In this document: in pieces, positions 61,830 through 64,000 of the stretch
How positions within the stretch are numbered: the first letter of the stretch is position 1
How the letters are laid out: each line of letters begins with the position of its first letter
DNA from: Callorhinchus milii
Lineage: Eukaryota
Length of the DNA: 64,000 nt
Direction: 5' to 3'
Assembly (NCBI RefSeq): GCF_018977255.1
Contig: NW_024704742.1
Span: 98,644,001 to 98,708,000 of the forward strand
The notes under the pieces: generated by a model
Databases searched by the model: none
Seen by the model: only the letters and a program-made list of their open reading frames with translations
Told to the model about the DNA's origin: nothing
Position numbers and translations under genes: made by a program

Positions 61830-61886
61830 ATTAACGGTCCAGCAGCTGGCTTGCTTCAGAAATGAGGAGAGAAGATTGGTTGACAT
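61830..61886 (-). CDS. ANXA1: Annexin A1-like first coding exon (57 nt): MSTNLLSSFLKQASCWTVN
   Basis: Acceptor ttcatacag|aATG, donor AAT|gtaaga, phase 0; FLKQA is the ANXA1 N-terminal motif. Confidence 0.88.
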
Positions 61887-62049
61887 TCTGTATGAAGTTG
61901 ATCTGTTAAGAGAAGACAGATTCACGTCACATTGTTTACAATTGCTGTACGACTTTTAGTGGAACCATTAGGAGCTGAATCAGTACTTCTAGAATCTGAA
62001 ATTGATCACAATAAACATGAAATTAGGAAATGTCAATTTTAACAAAATG

Positions 62050-62590
62050 ATAAAATAATGTTTCCAATTCTGGATTCCTAAGAGTATGAAAGCTTAGTTT
62101 GACCACATTTGGAGTACTGTGTCCTATCCTAGTCACCAAACTAGAAGGATATAGCAGTGATGGAAGTGAGTGTAGATTTACTAGGAGGTTACCGAGGCTG
62201 GCAAGTTAGTGTTATCAGGGTTGACTGTATAGATTAGGCCTTATTTTGTTAGAAAAGAGACTTTTAAGAGGGGTTTAATAAAAGCATTTAAAATTCTAAA
62301 TAGGTTGTTCTCACTTGTTGGGAAGTCTGTAAACAAGGGACACAAGTATAAGTTCGCAATTAGGGAAACTAAAAGAATATTTAGGAGGAACTACTTCACG
62401 CACAGGATGAGATCATGGAACTCACTGCCAAAAATGTAGATGCATTTAAGAGGAAGCTAGACATATGGTGGTGAAGGAAATATAATGGTTTGGGAGGGAG
62501 TAAGGAATTGGTGGAGACTCATATGGAGTATAAACATCTGATGCACTGGTTGAGCTGGAAGGCCTGTTTCCATGTTGTATAATCTATGTA
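62050..62590 (+). mobile_element. Old CR1 3' fragment
   Basis: gaccacatttggagtactgtgtcc (PHLEYCV), acaagggacacaagtataag, ggaactcactgcc, CR1-type 3' tail. Confidence 0.8.
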
Positions 62591-63544
62591 CATCTGTTAA
62601 AATACAAAGTGACAAGTCGTGATTCACTTTTTGCCATCTTTCATAAGAATGGTTTTGCATGGATATGTAATCTTTCTAAACTGCTTGAGAAATACATTTC
62701 AGGACAAATTATCTATGTAGGAAACCTGAGTCACCAATCTACTAACTACACAGTCACTACACATTAAAGTAAATCTTGTGAAGTGCCTTGAGAAGTCCTC
62801 TGGACATGAAAGACACAAGATTAAATCAAATAATTAATTAGTGAATAAATCATTCAAATGGGTATTATTATTTTAAAAAAAGTTGTCCAGGACATTGAAC
62901 TGATCTGAATCTCACAATCTATTCTGCATTGAATTATCAACCAAATGTCCAAAATGCATTTTTAATCGAAGTTCATGTTGCCAAGATTGAGCTCTATTTC
63001 ATACCAACAACTCAAATTCATCTAATGTGGCCTTTTCATTTTTTCATCAGTCATCATTTGATCTCTGATGCACTAAATTCTAACTTGCAGTGAACGGAGA
63101 AGTGATAATCAGCTTTTTGGAGGAATGGTTGCAAGATCAGTTCAAGAAATGGCGCTCAATATCTCATTTCAAAATACAAATGCAAGGATCATAACAATAA
63201 CTCTTGCATTTGATATAGTGCCTAATCACATCAAAGCACAGTATCTCACAACACTTTGCAGAATTTTACTGTAAATGCAGTGACTGTATTTGGATACAGC
63301 AAGCTTCGTGCATTTATGATACAAGAATAACATAAATGATTTTGAATAGCTTTACTCTAATACTGTATTAAGGCTTTTCTTTAGCATCATACTGCAGAAG
63401 CTGAGAACATGTAAAACCGGTATAAACCTACTGCCTTAAAAAAAAGTTTAATGATTAGAATGTGCCTACAAATACACAGGGACTATTCTTCACAGTGAAA
63501 TCCTGTGACGTGACATCGACAATGTGGTAATGTTTTCTATCAAA

Positions 63545-63592
63545 TGCAGTGATAATTATAATTAATTATAATTAATTATAATTATCACTGCA
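63545..63592. repeat. Perfect 48-bp AT-rich palindrome
   Basis: tgcagtgataattataattaattataattaattataattatcactgca equals its own reverse complement (checked base by base). Confidence 0.95.
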
Positions 63593-64000
63593 GTCCTCTG
63601 TCTCACTGCCAGAAATGTTGTACTTGAACATAAAGGACCCTTGCTTAGGATATTTTCTTCAATTATTATTTATCCTATTTTATTTAATTATTATTATATT
63701 AGCTATATTCAAATTAAATCTGGGGGCTGGGAGTCATCCCACTCAGCTCCTGTTAACCATGCAAGCCAAAGCACTAACAAGTAGGATGGTCCTAGCTGGA
63801 CAAGCAGTGGGAAAGCTTGCCGGACAGCAATACCAAAAGCAACCTATGCGGTTTTAGCTGGTTAGACTCCAGCAGTACCCCAACACACATTTTGGGGTCC
63901 CCAAAACTTGGCTCTTGCCAACCTGCACCTAATACTTTCCGGAATTAGGTAAGCAGGATGCATCCCTACAGGGAGAGAGTGCACATTCCATTCCAAGAAT

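Overview
Eukaryotic, repeat-rich vertebrate DNA. The CR1, L2, Deu-SINE and LF-SINE-like content suggests a shark or other cartilaginous fish (inference). Two spliced minus-strand genes were read by hand. (1) A complete 12-coding-exon annexin A1-like gene (CDS 61886->50568, 1017 nt, 338 aa, all introns GT-AG with compatible phases). (2) The first three coding exons of MFSD3 (41194-40528, 25375-25228, 9185-9082), with a likely CpG-island promoter near 43.3-43.8 kb; its last two exons were not found and probably lie left of the window. An HSPE1 processed pseudogene sits in an annexin intron. Between the genes is a decayed, TIR-bounded Ginger2/TDD-like DNA transposon (KRBA2-type integrase) carrying nested CR1, SINE and a Penelope-type hammerhead ribozyme motif. 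The rest is largely L2 and CR1 LINE relics (one near-full-length CR1 with an esterase ORF1), a young tRNA-Ala-headed SINE sharing its 3' tail with L2, two Tc1/mariner-type MITEs, a promoter-proximal minisatellite and local duplications or palindromes. Repeat boundaries are approximate; exon boundaries were counted base by base. No wholly new multi-gene system is evident. The best leads are the divergent ANXA1-like gene, the Ginger2 fossil and the hammerhead motif.
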